This document shows positions 46,974 to 55,863 of a stretch of DNA of 64,000 bases, one piece after another (position 1 is the first letter of the stretch; every line of letters starts with the position of its first letter). Under the pieces are notes generated by a model. That model did no database searches, had not been told where the DNA came from, and saw only the letters and a program-made list of their open reading frames with translations. This DNA is from Patescibacteria group bacterium (GTDB taxonomy: Bacteria; Patescibacteriota; Microgenomatia; Levybacterales; UBA12049). The stretch covers positions 299,914-363,913 of the forward strand of contig JBBTVD010000006.1 of the NCBI GenBank assembly GCA_038063415.1, given 5' to 3'. Position numbers and translations under genes: made by a program.

Positions 46974-48332
46974 TTATGTACTAAATTGACCTAATACTTT
47001 TTCCATAGCAGCGAGTTTCCTAAGCACTTCTTCATACTCTTTTTCAGCTACAGAATCGTCGACGATTCCTGCACTTGATTGTGTATAGCCATAATTATCA
47101 GAGATGTAAAAGGATCGCAAAGGCAACGCAAAGGTAGCATCACCATTAAATCCAAAATGTCCGATACTTCCTCCATAAGGACCACGGGCATCTGGTTCAT
47201 TCGCATCAATAATTTTTATCGTCTCGACTCGAGGCGTTCCACAAACAGTTGGCATAGGGAAATTGGTTGCAAGGGCTGAAAACATATCTTCTTTTGAATC
47301 AAGCATGCCAACGACATCACTTGAGATATGTTGTAAATGACTAAACCGTCTTGTGGTCATCAGGTCCTTGACTCGTACCGTTCCAAATCGAGAAACTTTC
47401 CCCATATCGCTTCTATGCATGTCAACAATCATCATGTGTTCTGCTCGTTCTTTTGGATCATTGAGCATTTCTCGTGCCAATTTCTGATCTTCTTCTTCTG
47501 TTTTTCCTCGACTGGTGGTACCAGCAAGAGGTCTACTTAATAACTCTCCATCACGAAGAGAAAAAAGTAACTCTGGAGCTGCTCCCAACGTCTTCTTGTT
47601 CCCAAATTTCATAAAATACATAAAAGGAGAAGGATTGACCTGACGTAGCTGTTGATAGACAAGTAGTGGATTACCTGTCACTTCATACTCTGCTTTAAAA
47701 CCAACCTCACACTGAAACGTATTCCCTGCTCGAATATGTTCTTTTACTACAGCAACATCTGCAAAAAATGCTTCTTTTGTTTGTGTACTTCTTAGAAACC
47801 TTGCAGAAAACGATTGTAAAACACTCTCTTTATTGAGTAAATCATGAACAAGGTAGCTACGATCTGTTTCGTAAAAGAAGTAAAATATTTCACTCGTCAC
47901 CTTGTCATAGACAACCCCGTCAGTATAGATTCCAAACATAAACTGATCAAATTGATCATGTACTTTTACCTTTACACCCGACTCCATATAATTTATAGCT
48001 TCATAGCTGAGGTACCCAACAAGACCCCCAGCATACTCACGTGAAAGAACTTGATCTGGCATAAGTTTACGAAGCTCGTAATAGGGATTAGCAACAACAC
48101 TTTTCTCTCCATCAATGGTTAGGGTATTACCTCTCGCAGAAATGCTGTGTTCTGGAGCAAAACCAATGATTGAATAACGAGAATATTTTCCGTCTTCTCC
48201 TAATGATTCTAAGAGAAAGCATGTAGCAAATGCTTGTTCTATTTTTTGAAAGAGTGCAAAAAAATCTACATCTTCTGCAATTTTTTTATACGTTGGTTTT
48301 TGTGGTAATGATAGCTTCTGCATTTTTTTCAT
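46974..48332 (-). CDS. trpE: Anthranilate synthase component I
   Basis: LLES, NPSPFM, PLAGT, KERAEHMM.VD; first gene of the trp operon. Confidence 0.94.
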   Translation of the reverse strand: MKKMQKLSLPQKPTYKKIAEDVDFFALFQKIEQAFATCFLLESLGEDGKYSRYSIIGFAPEHSISARGNTLTIDGEKSVVANPYYELRKLMPDQVLSREYAGGLVGYLSYEAINYMESGVKVKVHDQFDQFMFGIYTDGVVYDKVTSEIFYFFYETDRSYLVHDLLNKESVLQSFSARFLRSTQTKEAFFADVAVVKEHIRAGNTFQCEVGFKAEYEVTGNPLLVYQQLRQVNPSPFMYFMKFGNKKTLGAAPELLFSLRDGELLSRPLAGTTSRGKTEEEDQKLAREMLNDPKERAEHMMIVDMHRSDMGKVSRFGTVRVKDLMTTRRFSHLQHISSDVVGMLDSKEDMFSALATNFPMPTVCGTPRVETIKIIDANEPDARGPYGGSIGHFGFNGDATFALPLRSFYISDNYGYTQSSAGIVDDSVAEKEYEEVLRKLAAMEKVLGQFST

Positions 48333-48383
48333 AAAAAAACCCTTGTAAACTCCCCAGCAAGAATGCTGCGAAACTTACAAGGG
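48333..48383 (-). terminator. T-box intrinsic terminator
   Basis: CCCUUGUAAGUUUC...GAGUUUACAAGGG followed by U7, mutually exclusive with the antiterminator. Confidence 0.85.
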
Positions 48384-48540
48384 CCTTTGATAAAAGACGG
48401 TACCACCTTGCTTTATTACTCATTCATGACATGCTCCAATCTAATGACCGACACATGTTACTGTCTTATTCGGTTTCGTCTCCGCTGCATTATGTATTTT
48501 GCAAAAGCTCCCCGACTCCAACGCACCGGATCAATGCTCT
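48333..48540 (-). ncRNA. T-box riboswitch (Trp) with an ultra-short Stem I
   Basis: Antiterminator CAAGG-UGGUACC-GUCUUU(UAUC)AAAGGC-CCUUG at 48378-48410; Stem I at 48504-48540 with UGG (48518-48520) in the apical loop. Confidence 0.88.
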
Positions 48541-48546
48541 TTCTGG

Positions 48547-48575
48547 ATAGTATCATGAGAAAATCGCTTTGTCAA
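48547..48575 (-). promoter_or_regulatory. sigma70 promoter of the trp operon
   Basis: TTGACA-17-TACTAT with TGn extension. Confidence 0.8.
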
Positions 48576-48584
48576 TTTATGGAA

Positions 48585-49076
48585 TTAGCGGGATTGAGAA
48601 ATATTGGTAGTGCCTTCTGTTCCACAGGCTTTGATTGTTATAATGTTGTTGGCATCAACAGTTACACTAAAACCAGTTTTTGCTGCGGTATAGGTCGTCC
48701 CACCCAGTGGGTCAATCGGTATACTTTTAAGATATTTTGCAAGTGGCGTTGTAAGATCCACACATGCTGCCGCAGCCACACTACAACCACCTGTTGAGAT
48801 GGTACACCCTGACGCCCCTGTACCAAGCTGTGTCTCCGCCATGCTTGTCGTAAGACCCGTTGGAAGACTTCCTTTATTATCAACGATATATTGATGAATT
48901 CCTGTAAGAATTGTCTCTACATCACTGGTACGACGAGCATCACGAGAATCCTTTAAGCGCTGTACTGGATTAAGTGCGACAAAAACAGTAACCGCTAATG
49001 CTGAAATAATAACAATAACAATGAGAAGCTCAATGAGGGTAAAACCTTTCTGATTATATGAAAAAAATCTCTTCAT
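48585..49076 (-). CDS. Type IV pilin, probable major pilin
   Basis: KG|FTLIELLIVI prepilin site, short basic leader. Confidence 0.92.
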   Translation of the reverse strand: MKRFFSYNQKGFTLIELLIVIVIISALAVTVFVALNPVQRLKDSRDARRTSDVETILTGIHQYIVDNKGSLPTGLTTSMAETQLGTGASGCTISTGGCSVAAAACVDLTTPLAKYLKSIPIDPLGGTTYTAAKTGFSVTVDANNIITIKACGTEGTTNISQSR

Positions 49077-49134
49077 TTTGTAACTATATAGTTATCGTAG
49101 AAGGTTTCACAATGATTGTCAAGAGATACTTTCA

Positions 49135-49617
49135 TTAGAGTTCTTTCCAGCTAGTAATAATAAAAGAAGTACCCTTATTCCCGACTACTTCAATTGTTCT
49201 TTTATAAGTTGTACTTGTGGTTGTCGCAGTCACGGTCCACGTACTATCTACTTTTGAAATTGTTATAGTACAGGTTCCTTCAGGTCGAGTAATACTTCCT
49301 CCAACATAGGAATCGCTTGCTCGTACTTTCAAAAGTGCATCTTCCATGCAGCCCTCGACGAACCCTAATGTATCTTCACCCTTTGATAAGGCATACGAGG
49401 ACTGGGCTTCTCCAATTGCCAAGAGGCTTACGGTCGTGGCAATTGCCATAGTCACAGCTGAAATAATGATGACCGTAATAAGAGCAATATATCCCCCGGA
49501 AGAAAAGTTATTGTCAGGCTGGCTTGTCCAGCATCTTTTTCTTATGATTCTGGACACACTTCGTTTGCCAGAATGACGAAATATGAAAGACAATTTTATT
49601 CTTAATTCTTTATGCAT
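49135..49617 (-). CDS. PilX-like minor pilin with a palindrome in its leader
   Basis: G|YIALITVIII (no Glu5), EGCMEDALL. Confidence 0.75.
   Translation of the reverse strand: MHKELRIKLSFIFRHSGKRSVSRIIRKRCWTSQPDNNFSSGGYIALITVIIISAVTMAIATTVSLLAIGEAQSSYALSKGEDTLGFVEGCMEDALLKVRASDSYVGGSITRPEGTCTITISKVDSTWTVTATTTSTTYKRTIEVVGNKGTSFIITSWKEL
49512..49578 (-). repeat. Palindromic element, subfamily A, in-frame in a prepilin leader
   Basis: Minus strand CGTCATTCTGG..CCAGAATC-spacer-GATGCTGGACAAGCCAGCCTGACA; reads RHSGKRSVSRIIRKRCWTSQPD. Confidence 0.9.
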
Positions 49618-49621
49618 ACTT

Positions 49622-50140
49622 TTAATTACTCCTCACTTCCGCGCTTCCTTCAATCGTCGTTGACGCATTGTATTCCTGTCGAGTCCCCGCTCCAGCATAA
49701 TTTGCATTTAGGGTAAACGTAAACTGGATATGTTTTGTCTTGTTATCTGAGGACGTGTAATTGGTAAAGGTGAAATTAGAGACAGTGGTATCAGGAGAGT
49801 TAAGATTGACGGTACTGCCGGTTCCTTGTGTGATACGGACGTTGCCAGAAGAGAGGTCAATGACTGTAGGATTGGTTGCACTCGTCGCTGTCGTTAGAGA
49901 AATAGCCGTTGACGAAACGGAGTTAATACCAGTGGCATTCCGAATTTCGTATTTAATCCGTTCACTGATAAATCGGGCATTGGCAAATACTTCTTGCTGT
50001 GTCGTACTCTTTGCGCCCCCTTCAATAATATTCCAGGCAAATGGGATGAGTGTTGTCAACATGATCGTCAAAATTGCGACATAGATAATAATCTCGATAT
50101 ACGTAAAACCTCTCTGAAATTTTTGTCTTTTTCTTTTCAT
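49622..50140 (-). CDS. PilW-like minor pilin
   Basis: RG|FTYIEIIIYV, ERIKYEIRNA. Confidence 0.85.
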   Translation of the reverse strand: MKRKRQKFQRGFTYIEIIIYVAILTIMLTTLIPFAWNIIEGGAKSTTQQEVFANARFISERIKYEIRNATGINSVSSTAISLTTATSATNPTVIDLSSGNVRITQGTGSTVNLNSPDTTVSNFTFTNYTSSDNKTKHIQFTFTLNANYAGAGTRQEYNASTTIEGSAEVRSN

Positions 50141-50142
50141 AG

Positions 50143-51384
50143 TTATTGCGGTTTAAGTACCCCTGTCCAGACATATCCATCATCGGTTGCTGCTCCTGCT
50201 GCTGCCCATGCTCCTGGGTCTTCACTCCCGGCTGTTGCTTTCTTGAAGTAGACTACGCCAGCTGAAGCATCATTCCCTGACGTGGTACTATTTGAACCTG
50301 CTGTTGTGTATCCACTGGGGACAGTGATGCTTGTGTAATCATTGTTCTTCCCAAAGATCGGGAGGACAACGGCATCAGCAGTAATCGTTGTTACTGCTGG
50401 TGGATTGGGACTGGAGGTATTACTAAAGGTTGTTGGGACGCCAGAATCTGTTTCAAATGGTGTCGTTGTATTGACACTTCTGAAGATTGAGGTTCCCCAG
50501 ATGGTAGTTGAGCTACTTACTGAGGAGGATGTCCAGGCAAAGGTGCTATCTCCTGACTGGAGGACACGATAGCCAATGTAGATGCGACCAAACCCTGCTG
50601 CACTTGCCAATTCCTGCTGGGTTATAGTGCCGGGTGGCGTGATTGTCTTGGTGTTGGTAAGAGTATACCACCAGAAGACGGCGACGTCTCCTGCTTGCCA
50701 ACCTGACGGGAGGGTGAAGTTCCCAGTGGTTGGATTACTTCCTGTTGCACTCACGTTTGCGATATACGTGATCCCTGCTGGTGCTGTTGGCGTTGGGGTG
50801 CTTGTCGGGGTGGGTGTACTGGTTGGTCCTACCGTGGGAGTCGGGGTGGGTATTGCAATTTCTGCTTTCCAGTTGGTGAAATAGGTATTCAATGCCACTG
50901 AATTATTTCTTGTAGGACTAACATTCCATGAAACAGTCGATGTCACTTTTTTGGTGTCAGAATCAGCCGTCCCCCCGCTTGCGACAATATTACCACTGCC
51001 ATCCCGCTGGACATCACTAATGGCAATAACACGAGTATATTTACTTAACGTATTATTGCTCCCACCAAATGCCCAGATATTGGAAGCATTACGGATAATG
51101 CCTGTCCCGGTTGTGTTGGTCAAATTACTAAAGTTTTGATTTTTGATAGAACGCGCTGCCTCCAAACCTTCTGCTGCATATTGATTAGCAATGGTCTGCT
51201 CTTCACCTAATCTGTTGGCATCAAAACCCTGCAGTACGACAAAGATTGCTCCACTCGAAAAGACAACAAACATCCCTGCCGAAAGAATAAGTTCAAGGAT
51301 GGAAAAACCCTGTTGCAAAACAAAGCTTTTGCCAGAATGACGTACCAATGAAATGATTTTTTCCGTTATCTGATGTACTTTCAT
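50143..51384 (-). CDS. PilV-like minor pilin with a PT linker and C-terminal beta domain
   Basis: QG|FSILELIL, A.EGLEAARS, PTPTPT linker. Confidence 0.85.
   Translation of the reverse strand: MKVHQITEKIISLVRHSGKSFVLQQGFSILELILSAGMFVVFSSGAIFVVLQGFDANRLGEEQTIANQYAAEGLEAARSIKNQNFSNLTNTTGTGIIRNASNIWAFGGSNNTLSKYTRVIAISDVQRDGSGNIVASGGTADSDTKKVTSTVSWNVSPTRNNSVALNTYFTNWKAEIAIPTPTPTVGPTSTPTPTSTPTPTAPAGITYIANVSATGSNPTTGNFTLPSGWQAGDVAVFWWYTLTNTKTITPPGTITQQELASAAGFGRIYIGYRVLQSGDSTFAWTSSSVSSSTTIWGTSIFRSVNTTTPFETDSGVPTTFSNTSSPNPPAVTTITADAVVLPIFGKNNDYTSITVPSGYTTAGSNSTTSGNDASAGVVYFKKATAGSEDPGAWAAAGAATDDGYVWTGVLKPQ
50186..50745. repeat. 560-bp direct repeat, copy 1
   Basis: Reads identical by eye to 51430-51989. 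Confidence 0.93.
51327..51342 (-). repeat. Remnant of a subfamily A element in a prepilin leader
   Basis: CGTCATTCTGGCAAA (RHSGK), identical to the start of the copy at 49578. Confidence 0.7.
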
Positions 51385-51386
51385 AA

Positions 51387-52676
51387 TTACTGAGGTTTAA
51401 GTACCCCCGTCCAGACATATCCATCATCCGTTGCTGCTCCTGCTGCTGCCCATGCTCCTGGGTCTTCACTCCCGGCTGTTGCTTTCTTGAAGTAGACTAC
51501 GCCAGCTGAAGCATCATTCCCTGACGTGGTACTATTTGAACCTGCTGTTGTGTATCCACTGGGGACAGTGATGCTTGTGTAATCATTGTTCTTCCCAAAG
51601 ATCGGGAGGACAACGGCATCAGCAGTAATCGTTGTTACTGCTGGTGGATTGGGACTGGAGGTATTACTAAAGGTTGTTGGGACGCCAGAATCTGTTTCAA
51701 ATGGTGTCGTTGTATTGACACTTCTGAAGATTGAGGTTCCCCAGATGGTAGTTGAGCTACTTACTGAGGAGGATGTCCAGGCAAAGGTGCTATCTCCTGA
51801 CTGGAGGACACGATAGCCAATGTAGATGCGACCAAACCCTGCTGCACTTGCCAATTCCTGCTGGGTTATAGTGCCGGGTGGCGTGATTGTCTTGGTGTTG
51901 GTAAGAGTATACCACCAGAAGACGGCGACGTCTCCTGCTTGCCAACCTGACGGGAGGGTGAAGTTCCCAGTGGTTGGATTACTTCCTGTGGTACTTACAT
52001 TGGCAATGTAGGTAATTCCAGATGGTGCTGTTGTTGGCGTGGGGGTTGGGGTTGGCGTATTTGTCGGGGTGGGTGTACTGGTTGGTGTGGGAGTGCTCGT
52101 TGGCGTGGGACCACCAGAGGTGGGTGTTGGGGTAGCAGTCGGAGCAATACCGACAAAAGAGGCTATTACGCCTTGTGGATTAACCGTAAGCGTCCTTGTG
52201 GTATCTCCTCCACTCACGGTAATCGTTGGCGTTACACTTGGCACACCAGTTGCTCGAGTAAAAATAACATCACTTAATCCACTAACCGCTACATTCGCGT
52301 TAACTGACGATGTCTCATCAAAAGCAGTATTTCGCAAAGCATACGAGTCTCCCTGAAAAAGAATGACCTGATTGGTTCCCAGGTGCACTCCCCAACTACC
52401 ATTTTGCCGCCCAGACATCGCATATATCTGTGCTTTACGAAGTTGCCCTGTGAGCATGTCAGTCGTGTTTGCCACCGCATTTTGCGTAAAGAAGCGAGCA
52501 AAAAAAGGAACTGAAGAAGCCGAAAGTAAAGCGACAAGCCCAACGATCAGGATACATTCAATAAAAGTAAAACCGTGATCCCATTTGACATGCTGAACTT
52601 GTTTCAGCATCTTAAAAACATCTATTGATTTAGAATGATCCCGAAACAAATTCGGGATAACAAGCTTCTGATTCAT
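51387..52676 (-). CDS. FimT/FimU-like minor pilin with a PT linker and the same C-terminal domain
   Basis: HG|FTFIECIL, LRKAQIYAMS. Confidence 0.85.
   Translation of the reverse strand: MNQKLVIPNLFRDHSKSIDVFKMLKQVQHVKWDHGFTFIECILIVGLVALLSASSVPFFARFFTQNAVANTTDMLTGQLRKAQIYAMSGRQNGSWGVHLGTNQVILFQGDSYALRNTAFDETSSVNANVAVSGLSDVIFTRATGVPSVTPTITVSGGDTTRTLTVNPQGVIASFVGIAPTATPTPTSGGPTPTSTPTPTSTPTPTNTPTPTPTPTTAPSGITYIANVSTTGSNPTTGNFTLPSGWQAGDVAVFWWYTLTNTKTITPPGTITQQELASAAGFGRIYIGYRVLQSGDSTFAWTSSSVSSSTTIWGTSIFRSVNTTTPFETDSGVPTTFSNTSSPNPPAVTTITADAVVLPIFGKNNDYTSITVPSGYTTAGSNSTTSGNDASAGVVYFKKATAGSEDPGAWAAAGAATDDGYVWTGVLKPQ
51430..51989. repeat. 560-bp direct repeat, copy 2
   Basis: Matches 50186-50745 at an offset of 1244. 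Confidence 0.93.
52586..52662. repeat. Palindromic element, subfamily B, in-frame in a prepilin leader
   Basis: TGACATGCTGAACTTGTTTCAGCATC-spacer-GATCCCGAAACAAATTCGGGATAACA; homologous to 33934-34002; reads VIPNLFRD...MLKQVQHV. Confidence 0.88.
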
Positions 52677-52679
52677 AAC

Positions 52680-53765
52680 TCATTTCTTAATATTCCCGGT
52701 CAACTCATAGATTGGTGAGATAATTGCCATCGCGACAAAAGCAACAATAAGCCCAATAAAAATTAACATAATTGGTTCAAAGATTGTTGAGATATTCTTG
52801 GTCGCGTCATCAACCTCCTCTTCAAAAAAATCTGCAAGATAGGCAAATGTTTCATCCAGTTTACCTGTTGTTTCTCCAACAGAGAGCATCTTGACAGCAA
52901 TAAGCGGGATCTTCGGATACTTTCCTGTTTCTAATTCTTTCGCCAGAGACTTCCCTCGATCAATTGAACTCAACAAATTTTCTCCATATTTTTGAAAGAC
53001 TAAATTCTGTGTCATATGTGATTCTATTTCCATAGCTGTGTTAATCGGCATGCCACTTTTAAGCATTATCCCCATGTTACGAGAAAAAGAAGAGAGTTCA
53101 GTATTTTGGATGATGTTGCCCAAGATAGGAAGAGAGAGCAAGAATCGATGCCACAAGGGCTTCACAACGGACAACTGTGTCACGAGTCTTCCAGTGACTA
53201 AAACAACAAATAACCAAATGACTACAATAACACCAAAGTTCTTCATAAGTTCTGCAAACCATAACAAAAGTTGGGTAGTCCAAGGGAGCTCGACATCAAA
53301 TCCTTTAAATAATTCTAGTAACTGTGGCAAGACAAAAAGACTTATCCCGATACCAACAATCATAGCCCCCGTAAAAACGATTATTGGATATAAGAGAGCA
53401 CCTTGTATCTTCTTACGAAACGCATAATCTTTACCCAATTGTTCTCCCAAGTAAGCAAAGCTCTGATCAAGAGTACCTGAATCTTCTCCAATCTTGATAA
53501 TATTTACATAAAAAGCATCAAAGACTCTTGAAAACTTTCCGAGGGCATTGGCAAGTGTTTGACCATTTTCAATACTTTTGGCAACACCCTCAAGCATATC
53601 CCGAAAAGTAGCTGATCTAGTTTGTGAAGCTAAAATATGAAGAGCATCAATAATGGTAATGCCACTCTTGAGCATAATCCCCATATGCTTGGTAAAGAGC
53701 AGTTTGTCAAGAAAGCTCACATGCGAAAGCAATGGAATTTGGGCAGAAAAATTCATAAATATCAC
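52680..53765 (-). CDS. pilC: Type IV pilus platform protein (GspF family)
   Basis: LKSGI, GEDSGTL, ALLYP, GETTGKLD, FEPI. Confidence 0.93.
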   Translation of the reverse strand: MIFMNFSAQIPLLSHVSFLDKLLFTKHMGIMLKSGITIIDALHILASQTRSATFRDMLEGVAKSIENGQTLANALGKFSRVFDAFYVNIIKIGEDSGTLDQSFAYLGEQLGKDYAFRKKIQGALLYPIIVFTGAMIVGIGISLFVLPQLLELFKGFDVELPWTTQLLLWFAELMKNFGVIVVIWLFVVLVTGRLVTQLSVVKPLWHRFLLSLPILGNIIQNTELSSFSRNMGIMLKSGMPINTAMEIESHMTQNLVFQKYGENLLSSIDRGKSLAKELETGKYPKIPLIAVKMLSVGETTGKLDETFAYLADFFEEEVDDATKNISTIFEPIMLIFIGLIVAFVAMAIISPIYELTGNIKK

Positions 53766-55477
53766 TCTTTGGTTACTCTCAATACCTCTTCAATGGTCGT
53801 TTCTCCTGCTTTGACTTTTTCAAGACCATCTTCCTCCATTGTTTTCATACCATTTTTAATGGCAATTGCTTTGATAGTTGCTGCATCTTTTTTGTTAATA
53901 ATTGCCTGCTTGATCTCATCTGTTACTTCCATTACCTCAAAGACCCCTATCCGACCTTCATAAGAACTATTATGGCAAATATCACAACCTTTTCCGCGAT
54001 AGAGACGAATTGAGGGTAGAGTACCAAATATTTTTTGCGTTAACGGTTCACCGATAAAGCCGACTACTTTCTCCCGAGGTAAGTCTTCACTAATACGACA
54101 AACGGTATGAATTTTACGGATAAGCCGCTGACCAATAAGCACATTAACCGTTGATGCAATCAAAAATGGTTCGATACCCATTTCAAAAAGTCTCGGAATA
54201 GCTGTGGCAGCATCATTAGTATGGAGTGTTGAGAGCACTAAATGTCCAGTCATCGCAGAATTGGTGGCAATTTCTGCTGTCTCGCTGTCACGAATTTCAC
54301 CAACGAGGATAATATTGGGATCTTGACGTAAGATACTCCTGAGCCCTGTCGCAAAGGTAAAATCTGTCTTGGTATTTACCTGCATTTGATTGACACCTTC
54401 AATGTCATACTCAATCGGATCTTCAATAGTCATAATATTGACATCACGATTATTGAGCAGTTTTAAAACGGCATACATCGTGGTTGTCTTTCCACTTCCT
54501 GTTGGACCTGTTGAAAGGAGCATGCCAAACGGCTTTTTGTATGCTCTCTCAACCTTTTGTAAGTCTTCCTGAGAGAAACCAAGTGTCAAAAGAGAAATTT
54601 GCCTCGCACGTTCAGAGAGCAGACGCATAACTACCTTTTCTCCGCGACGAACTGGCACTGTTGATACACGAAGATCTAGCTGTTGTTCGTCAAGGATAAA
54701 CTCTATTTTTCCGTCTTGCGGAGCTTGATGTTCATCGGTTCGCAACCGAGCAAGCACCTTAATGCGCGTAACAATTTCAGGATACATTTCTTTGGGTAAT
54801 TGAATAATGTCATGGAGTACACCATCTATACGAAATCTCACAAGAGAAACTTCTGTTTCTGGCTCAAAATGGATATCTGAAGCATTGTTGTGCGCAGCAT
54901 AGGAAATAATGGTTTCAACAATTTTAATAATTGGGGGCTCAGCATTCTTTCCACCTTTCTTGGAAGCTTCTTCCAGGTTCTCCTTCATGATATCTGCAAA
55001 TGCTTTACCAATATCTTTAAGATATAAGACGAGTGCATTCTCTATATCTCGTGGAGTAGCATAATACAAAACAAGCGGCATGCCTATTTTACTGGACAAA
55101 AAAGTAATAATTGCAGGATTGGCCGGATTACTCATAGCAACATGTAATCCCTGCTCATCTTTTTTGAAAGCAATGATTTTTTCTTTTCGAGCAATAAGCT
55201 CTGGGATAATCATTAAAATTTCTTGAGGAATTTTAAGGTTTATTAACTGGATAAACGGTACTGAAAAAATTTGTGCAGTGAGCTTCCCTAAGTTACCGTC
55301 GTCAATCAAATTTCTGTCAAGCAAAATCTCTCCAAGTGGCTTTTGTTGCACGGAAGCATCCCGGAAAGCTTGTGTTAACTGCTGCTCATCGATAACCTGT
55401 AATTCTTTTAAGGCAGCATAGAGTGATTCATTGTTACGCATATGTATTATTATGGTCTGTTTTGCATTGATGATCAA
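53762..55477 (-). CDS. pilB: Type IV pilus assembly ATPase (GspE/PilB)
   Basis: ASDIHFEP, GPTGSGKTT, LRQDPNIILVGEIRD, STLHTN; alternative ATG at 55441. Confidence 0.95.
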   Translation of the reverse strand: MIINAKQTIIIHMRNNESLYAALKELQVIDEQQLTQAFRDASVQQKPLGEILLDRNLIDDGNLGKLTAQIFSVPFIQLINLKIPQEILMIIPELIARKEKIIAFKKDEQGLHVAMSNPANPAIITFLSSKIGMPLVLYYATPRDIENALVLYLKDIGKAFADIMKENLEEASKKGGKNAEPPIIKIVETIISYAAHNNASDIHFEPETEVSLVRFRIDGVLHDIIQLPKEMYPEIVTRIKVLARLRTDEHQAPQDGKIEFILDEQQLDLRVSTVPVRRGEKVVMRLLSERARQISLLTLGFSQEDLQKVERAYKKPFGMLLSTGPTGSGKTTTMYAVLKLLNNRDVNIMTIEDPIEYDIEGVNQMQVNTKTDFTFATGLRSILRQDPNIILVGEIRDSETAEIATNSAMTGHLVLSTLHTNDAATAIPRLFEMGIEPFLIASTVNVLIGQRLIRKIHTVCRISEDLPREKVVGFIGEPLTQKIFGTLPSIRLYRGKGCDICHNSSYEGRIGVFEVMEVTDEIKQAIINKKDAATIKAIAIKNGMKTMEEDGLEKVKAGETTIEEVLRVTKE

Positions 55478-55863
55478 GAGGAAAGAGGTGCAGGAGCACT
55501 TGCAAGGAGTGCATTTACTTTTTCGATCAACGAATCCAGAGACAGATCACTTTTTACCACAAAATCATTTGCTCCCATCTGAATACTTTTTTCAATATCT
55601 TCCTTTTGTCCCAAGTTTGATGCGACAATCACCGGGATTGGCTTCCAGGCAGGATTTGCTTTTATTTCAGCTAGCGTCGCAAACCCATCTTTGACCGGCA
55701 TAATGAGATCAAGAACAATAAGATCAGGAGTGAAACTTTGAAGTGCGGTAATTGCCTCTTGACCATCCCTAGCCATTTGGACTTCAAAACCCGCTTTGGT
55801 AAGCTTTACTCGGTAGGCATTTGCCAAAAAATTATCATCTTCTGCAACAAGGATCTTTTTCAT
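55474..55863 (-). CDS. Single-domain response regulator
   Basis: ILVAEDD, DLIVLDLIMP..DG, VVKS. Confidence 0.93.
   Translation of the reverse strand: MKKILVAEDDNFLANAYRVKLTKAGFEVQMARDGQEAITALQSFTPDLIVLDLIMPVKDGFATLAEIKANPAWKPIPVIVASNLGQKEDIEKSIQMGANDFVVKSDLSLDSLIEKVNALLASAPAPLSS

Noticed and set aside
50186-51989. Pilin repeat (and clpB tail pair) as a DGR template/variable repeat
   Set aside because: The core is identical, edge differences are not adenine-specific, and there is no reverse transcriptase in the window.
52030-52140. GGTGTGGG/GTTGGC low-complexity repeats
   Set aside because: They encode Pro-Thr linkers and are not an independent DNA repeat.
9592-52662. Palindromes as a CRISPR array, attC sites or introns
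   Set aside because: They are dispersed with no regular spacers, cas or intI genes. ORFs read through in frame, so splicing is not needed, although it cannot be excluded without RNA data.
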